Shown: positions 17,969 through 26,720 of the stretch, piece by piece
How the letters are laid out: each line of letters starts with the position of its first letter
How positions within the stretch are numbered: the stretch's first letter is position 1
DNA from: a bacterium
Lineage (GTDB): Bacteria; Patescibacteriota; Minisyncoccia; Minisyncoccales; CG1-02-41-26
Reading direction: 5' to 3'
Assembly (NCBI GenBank): GCA_021162885.1
Contig: JAGGXV010000022.1
Coordinates: 57,571-121,570, forward strand
Length of the DNA stretch: 64,000 nucleotides
Notes under the pieces: generated by a model
The model's database searches: none
The model's input: the letters and a program-made list of their open reading frames with translations, nothing else
What the model was told of the DNA's origin: nothing
Program-made: the position numbers and the translations under genes

Positions 17969-18073
17969 CTACCAGCTAATAAAAGCACCGATGGTCTCGG
18001 GATAACCTTTTACTAAAAAATAAACAGCAATTATAAAAAATATAACTACAACTATAAAATCAATTATTTTCAT
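17969..18073 (-). CDS. putative 34-aa membrane peptide translationally coupled to ychF (ATGA start/stop overlap)
   Basis: MKIIDFIVVVIFFIIAVYFLVKGYPETIGAFISW. Its ATG overlaps the ychF TGA. Confidence 0.25.
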   Translation of the reverse strand: MKIIDFIVVVIFFIIAVYFLVKGYPETIGAFISW

Positions 18074-19137
18074 ATTTTTATTTCAATAACATCGCCATCT
18101 CTTAAAACATAATCTTTACCGACCGTTTTCAAGAGCCCCTGTTCTCCGGCTTTTTTCCAACTGCCAACTTCAACCAATTTTTGCCAAGCTATCACTTCCC
18201 CCCTAACAAATTTTTCCTGAAAATCACTGTGAATTTTGCCAGCGCCTTGTAAAATTGTGCTCCCTTTCTCTATAGGCCAAGCCCTTGTTTCTTCTTTGCC
18301 AACAATGGTGAAAAAACTTATTAGATTTAATACTTCATAGCATTTTTTAATCAAATTATCAAGCTTTGGTTCTGCTAAAGCCAATTCTTTTCTTTCATCT
18401 TGAGAAAGTTCTGTTTTGTCCAATTCATCTCTTAAATTCATTGCCAACCAATCGCTTCCCTCTTTTGTTAATTCTTTTTTTAAATCTTGAGGAACTTCCT
18501 CCTCGTCAGAGTTTAAAAGATAAATTTGAGGTTTGGCGGTTAATAAAAAAAGATCCTCTACAAATTTCTTTTTTTCTGGCTCAAAATCCTTTAAAAAAGC
18601 GATAACTGCTTTCCCTTGGTTTAATTTTTCTTTTAGAAAGTTTAAAATCTCAAATTCAATTTCTGCCCCTGTTTTTTTGGCTTTAACATCTTTTTCAATT
18701 TTTTGCAATCTTCGTTCAATTGTTTCTAAGTCCTTAAAAATCAACTCGCTCTTTATTGTCTCGATATCTCTTTTGGGATTAATTTCACCATCAACATGGG
18801 CTATCTGTTCTGCTTTAAAACATCTAATAATCTGCAACAAAGCATCACACTCTCTGAGATGAGCCAGAAACTGATTACCCAAACCCTCTCCCTTATGAGC
18901 CCCTCGGACCAAACCAGCCACATCAACAAATTTAATCACCGAGGGTAAAACTTTTTTAGGTTGAGTGATTTGGGCTAATTTTTTTAATCTCTTGTCAGGA
19001 ACCTGAACTATCCCAACATTTGGTTCAACCGTACAAAAAGGATAGTTTGAGATATCAACCTTCTTTTTGGTTAAGGCCTGAAACAAGGTTGATTTGCCAA
19101 CATTAGGCAAACCAAAAATTCCAATCGAAAGTGACAT
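18070..19137 (-). CDS. ychF: ribosome-binding ATPase YchF (Obg-family GTPase)
   Basis: MSLSIGIFGLPNVGKSTLFQALTKKKVDISNYPFCTVEPNVGIV...; C-terminal TGS domain VLRDGDVIEIKI. Confidence 0.9.
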   Translation of the reverse strand: MSLSIGIFGLPNVGKSTLFQALTKKKVDISNYPFCTVEPNVGIVQVPDKRLKKLAQITQPKKVLPSVIKFVDVAGLVRGAHKGEGLGNQFLAHLRECDALLQIIRCFKAEQIAHVDGEINPKRDIETIKSELIFKDLETIERRLQKIEKDVKAKKTGAEIEFEILNFLKEKLNQGKAVIAFLKDFEPEKKKFVEDLFLLTAKPQIYLLNSDEEEVPQDLKKELTKEGSDWLAMNLRDELDKTELSQDERKELALAEPKLDNLIKKCYEVLNLISFFTIVGKEETRAWPIEKGSTILQGAGKIHSDFQEKFVRGEVIAWQKLVEVGSWKKAGEQGLLKTVGKDYVLRDGDVIEIKI

Positions 19138-19192
19138 AAAAGTTAATTTTTAATTAGCAATTAGAATCTTCACTAACCTTCACTATTTTAGT

Positions 19193-19705
19193 TTAATTCT
19201 CAAACTCTTCAAAAGAGACTATTTCTTCAAAACTTTTTCTTGATTTCGGCCCCGCTTTGTCAGCGGGAAAACCCAAAGGCAAAAGGGCAACCACTTTACA
19301 TTCTTCTGGTATGTGCAGAATCTTTTTTACTCTATCCTGATTAAAAGCACCAATCCAACAAGTGCCAAGTCCTTCTTCAACTGCTTGCAAAGTCATATGG
19401 TCAACAGCGATTGCCAAATCAACAGCGAAAGCGGGAACTCCACAGCCCATAATATGTTCTGGATTTAAACTAACTGCTGCAATAACCACCGGGGCTTCAG
19501 CAACAAAACTTTGTCCAGCGGCTTCTGATAATTCTTTCCTCTTTTTTTCATCTTGCACAACTACAAATTTCCATTCTTGCTCATTGTGAGCAGAAGGAGC
19601 CAATCTTGCTGCCTCTAAAACCTTTTTTAATTTATCTTCTGGTACTGGGTCGGGTCTGTATTTCCTAACGCTTCTTCTATTTTTTATTGCTTCAAAGACC
19701 TCCAT
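19193..19705 (-). CDS. nitroreductase family protein
   Basis: MEVFEAIKNRRSVRKYRPDPVPEDKLKKVLEAARLAPSAHNEQEWKFVVV is the nitroreductase-fold N-terminus. Confidence 0.8.
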   Translation of the reverse strand: MEVFEAIKNRRSVRKYRPDPVPEDKLKKVLEAARLAPSAHNEQEWKFVVVQDEKKRKELSEAAGQSFVAEAPVVIAAVSLNPEHIMGCGVPAFAVDLAIAVDHMTLQAVEEGLGTCWIGAFNQDRVKKILHIPEECKVVALLPLGFPADKAGPKSRKSFEEIVSFEEFEN

Positions 19706-19716
19706 GTTAGAAGTTA

Positions 19717-20100
19717 TTATATTTTAAATTTTTTAGTTTCAATTTTTCTTACCTGACTCTCTCCTATCCCAAAATGATGAGCAATTTCGTGCCAAACTAC
19801 TCTTTTTACTAATTGACGAATCTTTTCTTTTGAACCTCCGGCTTTCTTTTCTATTGGTTTCTGGAAAATAGTAATTTTATCTGGTAAAACCCCACTATAA
19901 AAAGTGGTTCTCTTTGTCCTTGGCACTCCCTGATAAAGACCTAAAAGAGAAAGATTTTTATGGTCTCCACCAAAATCGCGAAGCGATTTTGGTGGAGATT
20001 CTTCAATCACAATATCAACATTATCAAGCTTGTCTCTAAATTTTTTAGGGATGGCTCTGATTCCCTCTGAAACAAGTACTTCAAATTGGGCTCGGGTCAT
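19717..20100 (-). CDS. zincin-like metallopeptidase (DUF1025/PF06262-like)
   Basis: 127 aa. LLGLYQGVP...RVVWHEIAHHFGIGESQV with HExxH zinc motif. Confidence 0.5.
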   Translation of the reverse strand: MTRAQFEVLVSEGIRAIPKKFRDKLDNVDIVIEESPPKSLRDFGGDHKNLSLLGLYQGVPRTKRTTFYSGVLPDKITIFQKPIEKKAGGSKEKIRQLVKRVVWHEIAHHFGIGESQVRKIETKKFKI

Positions 20101-20103
20101 AAA

Positions 20104-20424
20104 TTAGAGTAACTTCTTTTGAGCAAGATTTCTTGCGATTTCTTGGGCTATTTTTTTTCCTTGAAGGGTCAATGAAAAAGAAATTTTTGGGTCGCCTTTA
20201 ATTAGTTTTCTCTTTCTCAAAGTTCGCAAAGGCCGATCAAGCTTTCTGGCATCAGGCCATTGAGGATAACCTTTTAAAGCAAAAACTTTGGGAAATCGAT
20301 TAAAACTTTCTTTGACCAATTTCTCGAAAGAACATTTCCCCTCAGAAGAAGAATACAAACTGAAGAGAATCAAATCATTTATGGAGTTTAATTTTCTTGT
20401 TGGCATACGGCTCCCGTAGGACAT
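20104..20424 (-). CDS. hypothetical protein
   Basis: 106 aa, basic; no recognisable domain. Confidence 0.3.
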   Translation of the reverse strand: MSYGSRMPTRKLNSINDLILFSLYSSSEGKCSFEKLVKESFNRFPKVFALKGYPQWPDARKLDRPLRTLRKRKLIKGDPKISFSLTLQGKKIAQEIARNLAQKKLL

Positions 20425-20595
20425 TGTTAATAAAAAACATTGTTCTCTTTTTAAAATCTAATGGGTAATAAAATACAAAAACCCAGTATGACAACTTTGA
20501 AAGGAAAATTTCTTTGAAATTTTCTTATTGCCTGGCAGAACATTCAAAGTTGCTCTACCGACCATGCCTAAAATACAATTTGACGTCCTACGGGG

Positions 20596-20667
20596 CGGGG
20601 GTACCAGGATTCGAACCCGGAAGTCGGCTTTTGGAGAGCCGCAGTTTACCATTAAGCTTATACCCCC
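20596..20667 (-). tRNA. tRNA-Trp (anticodon CCA)
   Basis: Minus strand GGGGGTATAAGCTTAATGGTAAACTGCGGCTCTCCAAAAGCCGACTTCCGGGTTCGAATCCTGGTACCCCCG. Anticodon loop CTCCAAA; acceptor GGGGGTA/TACCCCC. Confidence 0.75.
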
Positions 20668-20756
20668 TTGTCGTCTCGCCTCACTCAACTCCGGGATCTC
20701 TTTTTCTTTTGAAAAAAAAGAAAAGGTGTCCAACTTCCAAAAGAAAATAGAATAAA

Positions 20757-20918
20757 CTATTTCTTCATTTCTTTATGTAACGTGTGTTTCCTGCAAAATT
20801 TGCAAAATTTTTTCAACTCTAATTTTCCCTCAACATTTTTTGACTTGCGAGTATAATAATTAATTCTTTTACACTCAGAACACTGAAGTTTTATAAATGG
20901 TTTTTTCTTTTTTGCCAT
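20757..20918 (-). CDS. rpmG: 50S ribosomal protein L33
   Basis: [50 protein letters not shown] with zinc-ribbon Cys pairs. ATG at 20918. Confidence 0.85.
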   Translation of the reverse strand: MAKKKKPFIKLQCSECKRINYYTRKSKNVEGKLELKKFCKFCRKHTLHKEMKK

Positions 20919-20936
20919 GATTGTCTTATATTGCTG

Positions 20937-21009
20937 AGCCAACGCGCGGATTTGAACCGCGAACCTACCCCTTACCATGGGGTTGCTCTACCGACTGAGC
21001 TACGTTGGC
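20937..21009 (-). tRNA. tRNA-Thr (anticodon GGT)
   Basis: Minus strand GCCAACGTAGCTCAGTCGGTAGAGCAACCCCATGGTAAGGGGTAGGTTCGCGGTTCAAATCCGCGCGTTGGCT; anticodon loop ATGGTAA. Confidence 0.8.
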
Positions 21010-21026
21010 ATTAAAAAATTAAAGCT

Positions 21027-21617
21027 TTATTGAACTTCTCTAATCATCTTAAAAATCTTCTCCTTTAATTTTTTATTGGTTACAGTTATATTCAATACTC
21101 CAAATTTACTCTTTTTTCGGTAAGTCCCTTTTCCTTGAGGAGGTATCCTAATTATTTTACCAAGCTGGTCCTTTTTAATTCCAAGATGTTGCTCCCAAAA
21201 TTTTATGGCCTCTTTTTCATTACAATCATTAAATAAAGTTAGATAATATCCAAATTTTTCTTCTTTAGTACCGCATATCTCTACTAAAAATTCCCGAAAT
21301 TTCTTAATGAGTTGAGGGTCACTATTACTCATTCGAACGGCTGTATTATTACTACTTTTATCCCCTTCGCCCCAGTATAAACCTAACCCGATTCCTTTTA
21401 ATAAAATTTCCTCCTTATTGAGCTTATTTTTGATCTCAAATGGATCACCATTTGGATTTCTTTTGACATAAGTAGCTTCGCTCATCGATCTCCGTGGAAT
21501 GCCAAATTTTCTCATCCAATAAACGATTTTTTCATATTTCCACCCTGTTCTATCAGAAATTTCCATCATTGATAAACCACTCTTATATAGTTTTTTTAAT
21601 TTTTCTTTGGGCAACAT
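21027..21617 (-). CDS. free-standing LAGLIDADG-like homing endonuclease with N-terminal HTH, paralog of 62296-62982
   Basis: LYKSGLSMMEISDRTGWKYEKIVYWMRKFGI (HTH). GIGLGLYWGEGDK (LAGLIDADG-like). NSDPQLIKKFREFLVEICG. Shares motif order with the second copy (YWSEG..., NSDPKMILLMLRWFKEIC). Flanked directly by tRNA-Tyr (1 nt away) and tRNA-Thr (17 nt). Confidence 0.5.
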   Translation of the reverse strand: MLPKEKLKKLYKSGLSMMEISDRTGWKYEKIVYWMRKFGIPRRSMSEATYVKRNPNGDPFEIKNKLNKEEILLKGIGLGLYWGEGDKSSNNTAVRMSNSDPQLIKKFREFLVEICGTKEEKFGYYLTLFNDCNEKEAIKFWEQHLGIKKDQLGKIIRIPPQGKGTYRKKSKFGVLNITVTNKKLKEKIFKMIREVQ

Positions 21618-21701
21618 TGGGTGTGAGTGGAGTCGAACCACCTGGGCTCAGAGAGCTATGGTTTTACAGACCATCCCCGCGCCGTACGGGACTACACACC
21701 C
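21618..21701 (-). tRNA. tRNA-Tyr (anticodon GTA), long variable arm
   Basis: Minus strand GGGTGTGTAGTCCCGTACGGCGCGGGGATGGTCTGTAAAACCATAGCTCTCTGAGCCCAGGTGGTTCGACTCCACTCACACCCA. Anticodon stem ATGGT/ACCAT with loop CTGTAAA. Confidence 0.8.
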
Positions 21702-21735
21702 TTTTATTTTTCTAATTTTAGCAAAAAATTTTGGT

Positions 21736-22413
21736 TTATTCAATGATTTTGCTGTGTTTTTTCCGCCATTCTTCAATTTTTTTGTGATTTCCAGATAAAA
21801 GGACTTTGGGTACTTTCCATTGAACTCCTTTTTTTGGTTCAAAAACTTCGGGCCTGGTATATTGAGGATATTCTCGAAATCCTTTCTCTTTGGTAATTCT
21901 TTCTTCTAATAGTTCGGATTTGCCAATAACTCCCTTAATCAATCTTGCCACTGTTTCAATAAACACTAAAGCGGGCAACTCACCGCCCATTAAAACATAA
22001 TCTCCTATCGAAATCTGTTCATCGCAGAGATACTTTGCCACCCTTTCGTCAATCCCTTCATACCTGCCACAAATTAAAATTAACTGCTCAAGTTTTGCAA
22101 ATTGACTTGCCATTTTTTGATTAAATTTTTTCCCTCGCGGGGTAAACAAAATCACTCTCGATTTGGGATTTGGGATTTGTTTGGGATTTCTCAAGCTGGA
22201 AACCGCTTTAAATATAGGTTCCAGCTTGAGTATCATTCCCCTACCCCCACCAAAAGGTTTGTCATCAACCTTTTTGTGTTTGTCTTCAGTAAAATCTCGG
22301 AGATTATGAACTTTAATTTTTATCACTCCTTTTTCTTGAGCTTTTTTTAAAATGGAATGTTTGAAATAAAAATCAAAAATCTCGGGAAAAATGGTAATGA
22401 TGTCAAATTTCAT
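21736..22413 (-). CDS. trmD: tRNA (guanine37-N1)-methyltransferase TrmD
   Basis: [41 protein letters not shown]...[12 protein letters not shown]...; contains in-frame GGGATTT repeat insert ([13 protein letters not shown]). Confidence 0.9.
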   Translation of the reverse strand: MKFDIITIFPEIFDFYFKHSILKKAQEKGVIKIKVHNLRDFTEDKHKKVDDKPFGGGRGMILKLEPIFKAVSSLRNPKQIPNPKSRVILFTPRGKKFNQKMASQFAKLEQLILICGRYEGIDERVAKYLCDEQISIGDYVLMGGELPALVFIETVARLIKGVIGKSELLEERITKEKGFREYPQYTRPEVFEPKKGVQWKVPKVLLSGNHKKIEEWRKKHSKIIE

Positions 22414-22481
22414 AAAAATGAAAAAACGAAAACGGCGCTATCTTTATAATAGCACCGTCTCCGCGAGAATTCAATTGGAAG

Positions 22482-22802
22482 TTATAGCTTTAAATCTTCC
22501 AATCCTTCTTCTTTCTTTTCTGGAGCCTTCTCTTTTGCGGGAGCTTTTCCGCCGGCGGGCTCTTCAATCTTTAAGTTAACTCTGGCATGATTCTTGAGCC
22601 CAACAATCCGGACAAGATTCCTGATTGCTCTAGCGGTTGCTCCAGCCTTGCCAATAACAGCGCCCATATCTTCAGGATGGACTTTTAGGCTGAGCAAGAC
22701 TCCCATCTCATCCACTTTCCGGTCCACTTTAACATCATCAGGATGATCAACCAAAGCCTTAACTACGTACTCCAGAAATTCTTTATCAGTCTCTTTTGCC
22801 AT
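22482..22802 (-). CDS. KH-domain RNA-binding protein (YlqC/UPF0109 family)
   Basis: MAKETDKEFLEYVVKALVDHPDDVKVDRKVDEMGVLLSLKVHPEDMGAVIGKAGATARAIRNLV. Usual neighbour of rpsP/trmD. Confidence 0.75.
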   Translation of the reverse strand: MAKETDKEFLEYVVKALVDHPDDVKVDRKVDEMGVLLSLKVHPEDMGAVIGKAGATARAIRNLVRIVGLKNHARVNLKIEEPAGGKAPAKEKAPEKKEEGLEDLKL

Positions 22803-23206
22803 ATTCTTTATCTTTGAATTCAATTATTCACTTTTAATCAGTAGCTCGACCTTTCTTTCCTCCGATCTCCTCAATAATTCAGAGAGTCGGTCCTTGAAGA
22901 AAAGCTACATTTTTCATTTTACCCATTTAACAAAATATGTCAAGGGAAATCGCAAAAACTGCCACAAGCAGGATATCAAATAAGCTTTTCTCCAGGAAGC
23001 TGCCAGCAGGTCCCAGAATGATACGAGCATTTTCTGAGAAAGCGAGGAGAGAGATTTTTGTCTCAGGCAATTGCCAGAGACAACTTTCTCGTCTAATGCC
23101 TGATCTGGATTCAGTCCCTCGGGGGAGGGGCTAAAACCTGCTGACAGCTCCCTGAAGAAAAACCCATTTTTAATTTTACCATTTTTTTTCTTCTCCGTCA
23201 AACTCT

Positions 23207-23278
23207 CCCAGTCTCCTAAACCCAGAATAATTAACATTTCGGCACAATCGTGCCCATTTGTTAACGATTGATTTTGTT
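23207..23278. promoter_or_regulatory. 58-bp repeat R1 containing palindromic operator TTAACATTTCGGCACAATCGTGCCCATTTGTTAA (second copy at 27785-27852)
   Basis: Near-identical to 27785-27852 (3 mismatches). Imperfect palindrome with a GCAC-AATC-GTGC core. Lies at the left edge of the GC-rich island. Confidence 0.45.
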
Positions 23279-23364
23279 TCAATTTGGAAAGCTTTTTAAA
23301 GCATTTCAAGTCCAGAATAAATATTTGACACTCTCTTTTAGAATTGCTAAACTGAAGTTAGGAT

Positions 23365-23529
23365 ATGCAAAAAGCAACCACTCAACCAAAAACTAAACTA
23401 CCTCGAATTCAAACCCCAAAAGAAATTCTGAAAATCTGGGAAAGAGCTCGAGGAATATGGAAAAGCAAGAAACTCGACCCTATTAGGTATCTCAAGAAAA
23501 CTCGCAAAGAATGGGAGAAAATTTTGTAA
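23365..23529 (+). CDS. putative VapB-like antitoxin (54 aa)
   Basis: MQKATTQPKTKLPRIQTPKEILKIWERARGIWKSKKLDPIRYLKKTRKEWEKIL. Stops 4 nt before the PIN-domain gene. RGIWK...DPI.Y..K.RKEW pattern resembles small antitoxins. Confidence 0.45.
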   Translation: MQKATTQPKTKLPRIQTPKEILKIWERARGIWKSKKLDPIRYLKKTRKEWEKIL

Positions 23530-23532
23530 TCT

Positions 23533-23904
23533 ATGTTTACTCTCGATACCAATATTATCATTTATTATCTTAAAGATGAATCTAAAGTATTAAAATTTTT
23601 GCGTGAGGAGATTTTAGCCGGCTCACGCTTTTTTATTTCAACAATCACCGAGGCAGAGCTTTTTGGTTATCCTCAAATTACTTCTGAAGAGGCAATAAGA
23701 ATCAACGAAGTTTTAGCCACTCTTTCAATTATTCCTATCGATTCTCAAATAGCCAGATTGGCTGGTCTTTTCAAAAGAAAATATCAGATTTCTCTTCCTG
23801 ATGCCATTATTGCTGCCACCACCTATCTCACTAATTCCACTCTTGTTACTCGCAATATTCGAGATTTCCAAAAAATCAAAGAAATTAAAGTAAAATCTAT
23901 TTAA
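23533..23904 (+). CDS. vapC: PIN-domain toxin VapC
   Basis: MFTLDTNIIIYYLKDE...TITEAELFGYP...ISLPDAIIAATTYLTNSTLVTRNIRDF with PIN acidic residues. Confidence 0.8.
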   Translation: MFTLDTNIIIYYLKDESKVLKFLREEILAGSRFFISTITEAELFGYPQITSEEAIRINEVLATLSIIPIDSQIARLAGLFKRKYQISLPDAIIAATTYLTNSTLVTRNIRDFQKIKEIKVKSI

Positions 23905-24039
23905 CCCTCATCCAATATTTATTTTCAAAGAACTCACTTACAGATTTCCCGTAAGTTTTTTTTATTCCCAATCTCCTAAATCCAGAATAGTTTACCCCAT
24001 TAGAAATGGAATTTCTAAGCAGAGTAAATTCCAAACTTG

Positions 24040-24215
24040 GGAGATTAGGGAAGGAGGGAGATAAAGTGCGAAAAAACTCTTCCTCCTTCCTTATTATTTC
24101 AACCCTTATCTTTTTACAGCCGGCCAGGGTAACTCCGGCTAACCTTTTAGTTTTAGTTCCTCTTCAGAACTATGGCAGTCGGCTACTGTCAGGAATCTTT
24201 GCCGCCTTTTCTCAC
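24040..24215. repeat. about 175-bp repeat, copy A (shared with 25205-25365), begins with purine/pyrimidine hairpin GGAAGGAGG...CCTCCTTCC
   Basis: gggaaggagggagataaagtgcgaaaaaactcttcctccttccttattatttcaacccttatctttttacagccggccagggtaactccggctaaccttttagttttagttcctcttcagaactatggcagtcggctactgtcaggaatctttgccgc is nearly identical in both copies. Confidence 0.6.
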
Positions 24216-24231
24216 CGTGTTACCACGGGAA

Positions 24232-24729
24232 TCACGGCTTATCGACCCTTTCCAAGGCCGATTTTTTACTGTCCAATTTCTGTCCAACCACTACCGCCCA
24301 TTTCCCGGTTCGAATCGCCGCCTCAATTTCTGCTTGGGGTAGATCCGGAGTAATCAACTTGAACGAATCTTCCGGAATGAAATCCACAAGAGAAAGAGTT
24401 GGTTTCCACTCTCTCAGCCCCATCCAGATATTGCTCCTTTCCTGCCGGGAAAATCCAGAATAAACCCCAGCCCGATCAAATGACCCAGCAGGAATAAAGA
24501 CCTTCACATCCCATTTCTGTTTCAACCCAGCAAGAATTCCTTGAATTGCTACTGGTGTCCTGTCCTCATTCCATGGTTCTGAATTCCACTCTCCTCGAGC
24601 GGTCCAGAATTTCAGCTCCTTATAGATAGATTCCGGTTTCCGGCCAATCTCCTCCGACAACCGATAAACTCTTAACACAAAATTAAGCCCGATAAAAACA
24701 AGAACTTTCATTTTTTCACCTCCTTTCAT
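24232..24729 (-). CDS. hypothetical protein (GC-rich island)
   Basis: 165 aa; GC-rich codon usage unlike the host genes. Confidence 0.35.
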   Translation of the reverse strand: MKGGEKMKVLVFIGLNFVLRVYRLSEEIGRKPESIYKELKFWTARGEWNSEPWNEDRTPVAIQGILAGLKQKWDVKVFIPAGSFDRAGVYSGFSRQERSNIWMGLREWKPTLSLVDFIPEDSFKLITPDLPQAEIEAAIRTGKWAVVVGQKLDSKKSALERVDKP

Positions 24730-24730
24730 T

Positions 24731-25078
24731 TCATTTCTTTAACCAGCCCGGTATCGGGACCTCTCGGCCATCTCGCCGAGAGAGCCCTAACTCTTCAAGC
24801 GTAAACTCAAAGAGTACGGCTCCCCGGGAGATGTAACGAGAACATCTTCCTCGTTGGCGAAGAATCTCCTTCTTCACCAGCTCCCGGGCTTCATCCTTCC
24901 GGCCATCTCGAATCAGCTGGATAACCGGAAGATGCCTCCCCTCCGCGAACTTAATTTGTGGATCACCCGGGGAGTAGGCAATCCACAAATCCGGACGTTT
25001 GAAGGGGTTAACTACATAAACAACCCCTTCATCCGCCTTTCGGCCCCGGGGAGGGCCGAGGGATTTAAAAAATTCCAT
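24731..25078 (-). CDS. hypothetical protein (GC-rich island)
   Basis: 115 aa; tightly packed after previous gene. Confidence 0.35.
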   Translation of the reverse strand: MEFFKSLGPPRGRKADEGVVYVVNPFKRPDLWIAYSPGDPQIKFAEGRHLPVIQLIRDGRKDEARELVKKEILRQRGRCSRYISRGAVLFEFTLEELGLSRRDGREVPIPGWLKK

Positions 25079-25204
25079 TTTATCCTCCTTTCCCTGCCTG
25101 CCATTACTGTACTGGTCAGGTCTTACGGGAAAACTCCGTTTAAATTTTTAATCTACTAACCGTTTAAATTTAGAATCTTACTATTCTAAACTTAAATTGG
25201 TTAG

Positions 25205-25365
25205 GGAAGGAGGAAGATAAAGTGGGAAAAAACTCTTCCTCCTTCCTTATTATTTCAACCCTTATCTTTTTGCAGCCGGCCAGGGCGCTCCGGCTAACCT
25301 TTTAGTTTTAGTTCCTCTTCAGAACTATGGCAGTCGGCTACTGCCAGGAATCTTTGCCGCTCTCT
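25205..25365. repeat. about 165-bp repeat, copy B; followed by about 140 nt not present in copy A before homology resumes at cacggcttatcgaccctttgcc
   Basis: See copy A. Plus-strand ORFs over the two copies are in different frames, so the repeat is likely non-coding. Confidence 0.6.
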
Positions 25366-25527
25366 ACCGGGTTGCTGCTGCCCTCCGATTGGTTACGGTT
25401 GAGACAACCTTGGCCCGCAGTTCCCCGTTGTTTACGGGACTGCCCTTCGGCTTCTCGGGCTTACCTCGCTATCATCCCGAGTCGCCTAGACACACGGCTT
25501 ATCGACCCTTTGCCAGGGCCGGGGTTA

Positions 25528-25794
25528 CTACCTCAAAACCTCCCAATTTGTGACCTCCCAAATTCCATAATGGGAGGCCACATCCCCCACACAGGCTTTC
25601 ACCCATGTGAGGACAGAAAACAAACTCATCTGAGGTAGCAACCCAGCGATCGAGAGTTCCAACTCCCCCTTTTTTTTCGGGGTGAGCTGGACGCCCTCGA
25701 TCGCCAGCTCACTTAAAATGTACTTCCGCAATGATTCCGGAAAAGAATCCGGAAACTCTTTTCCGTCATTGCGGAAAATTTTTATTTTTAACAT
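25528..25794 (-). CDS. hypothetical small protein (island)
   Basis: 88 aa; good RBS ggaggtgagaggATG; C-terminal half overlaps the hairpin-rich region. Confidence 0.25.
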   Translation of the reverse strand: MLKIKIFRNDGKEFPDSFPESLRKYILSELAIEGVQLTPKKKGELELSIAGLLPQMSLFSVLTWVKACVGDVASHYGIWEVTNWEVLR

Positions 25795-26023
25795 CCTCTC
25801 ACCTCCATTTTCTCCCCGTCGGGCTCCAAGGCCTTAATGGGGATTGATGCGAGGCCGCTATTCGCGAAATTAGTGGTAAATTCGCGCAAATTCGCGAATA
25901 ACCACGAACACCGGCCTCGCTTCAATTATCCTAAATTACATCTCCTTTCTCAATTCACTAAAATTTAATTAATGGACTAAGAAGGAAGGTGGAAGAAAAT
26001 GGAAACTTTCTTCCACTTTATTT

Positions 26024-26395
26024 CTATTTCTTTTTGTAATAAAACTTTATCGCTTCTTCCACTATCTCAGGAAACTCCGCCTGAGGGTCTTTATCCTTTT
26101 CTGATTTCCAAATAGCAGCTCCAATTGGACAATAGCCAATTCCATAAACTGCATTTTTGCAGACCTTTGGATATTCAGGAGTGTCATGGATTTTACACCT
26201 GGCCTGAATCCATTTATTCCCTTTTTTGTGCCGTCGAACAAGATACTTACAATAGCTACAATCCGATTTCCAGGATCCATCGGGTAATTCCAAAGAATAA
26301 CTCCAACAACACCAGCCGCATCGGAGACAAATAAATGTCTCTCTTGCCATTTTCAGAAACTCCTTGAATTTCTCATAATCAAACTTTTCTGCCAT
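26024..26395 (-). CDS. YkgJ-family putative zinc/iron-chelating Cys-rich protein (CxxCGxCC, PF03692-like)
   Basis: FICLRCGWCCWSYSLELPDG...CSYCKYLV...ARCKIHDTPEYPKVCKNAVYGIGYCP. Confidence 0.55.
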   Translation of the reverse strand: MAEKFDYEKFKEFLKMARETFICLRCGWCCWSYSLELPDGSWKSDCSYCKYLVRRHKKGNKWIQARCKIHDTPEYPKVCKNAVYGIGYCPIGAAIWKSEKDKDPQAEFPEIVEEAIKFYYKKK

Positions 26396-26720
26396 TTTTT
26401 ACTCCTTATAATTTTTTTTTCAAAAGAACTATTTTTTACTCACCCTCCTTACTCAACTCCTTATTTCAGTATAAGGAACTAAGTATGAAGGGGGAAGAAA
26501 AGTAATGAGTAACTTTCTTCCCCTTTTTTTCTAATTGTCCGGGATGTCGGCCGACTTCGAAGGCGCCGACTCTGGCCCTCCCTTAAGGCACGGCTCACCA
26601 AAGGGTTCGCCGTGGAGGTTATTCGCGTAGGACCTTATTTCGGGTTACCCCTTATTCGTGTCCTACCTTATTTCCCTCACCCCAGGCACTAACCCGGCCT
26701 GGCGGGTAATTGCAGGGCGG

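Noticed and set aside
20458-20755. ORFs 20458-20733(-), 20514-20750(+), 20528-20755(+)
   Set aside because: They overlap tRNA-Trp and its flanks; no protein-like composition; spurious.
22914-23309. ORF 22914-23309(-) 131 aa
   Set aside because: Its N-terminus is a translation of the R1 repeat/operator and it has no domain; probably not a real gene, or at most a short peptide from an internal start.
24006-25638. Plus-strand ORFs 24006-24353 and 25327-25638 over the paired repeats
   Set aside because: The two repeat copies are read in different frames and the sequences are hairpin-rich; they are treated as non-coding.
24040-25700. RNase P RNA, tmRNA or tRNA-like identity for the paired repeat (cacggcttatcgacc resembles the RNase P P4 3' strand; ggttcgaatc resembles a T-loop)
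   Set aside because: No complementary P4 5' strand (AAGUCCGG-like). No acceptor/T-arm pairing. No tag-peptide frame. Resemblances are short and isolated.
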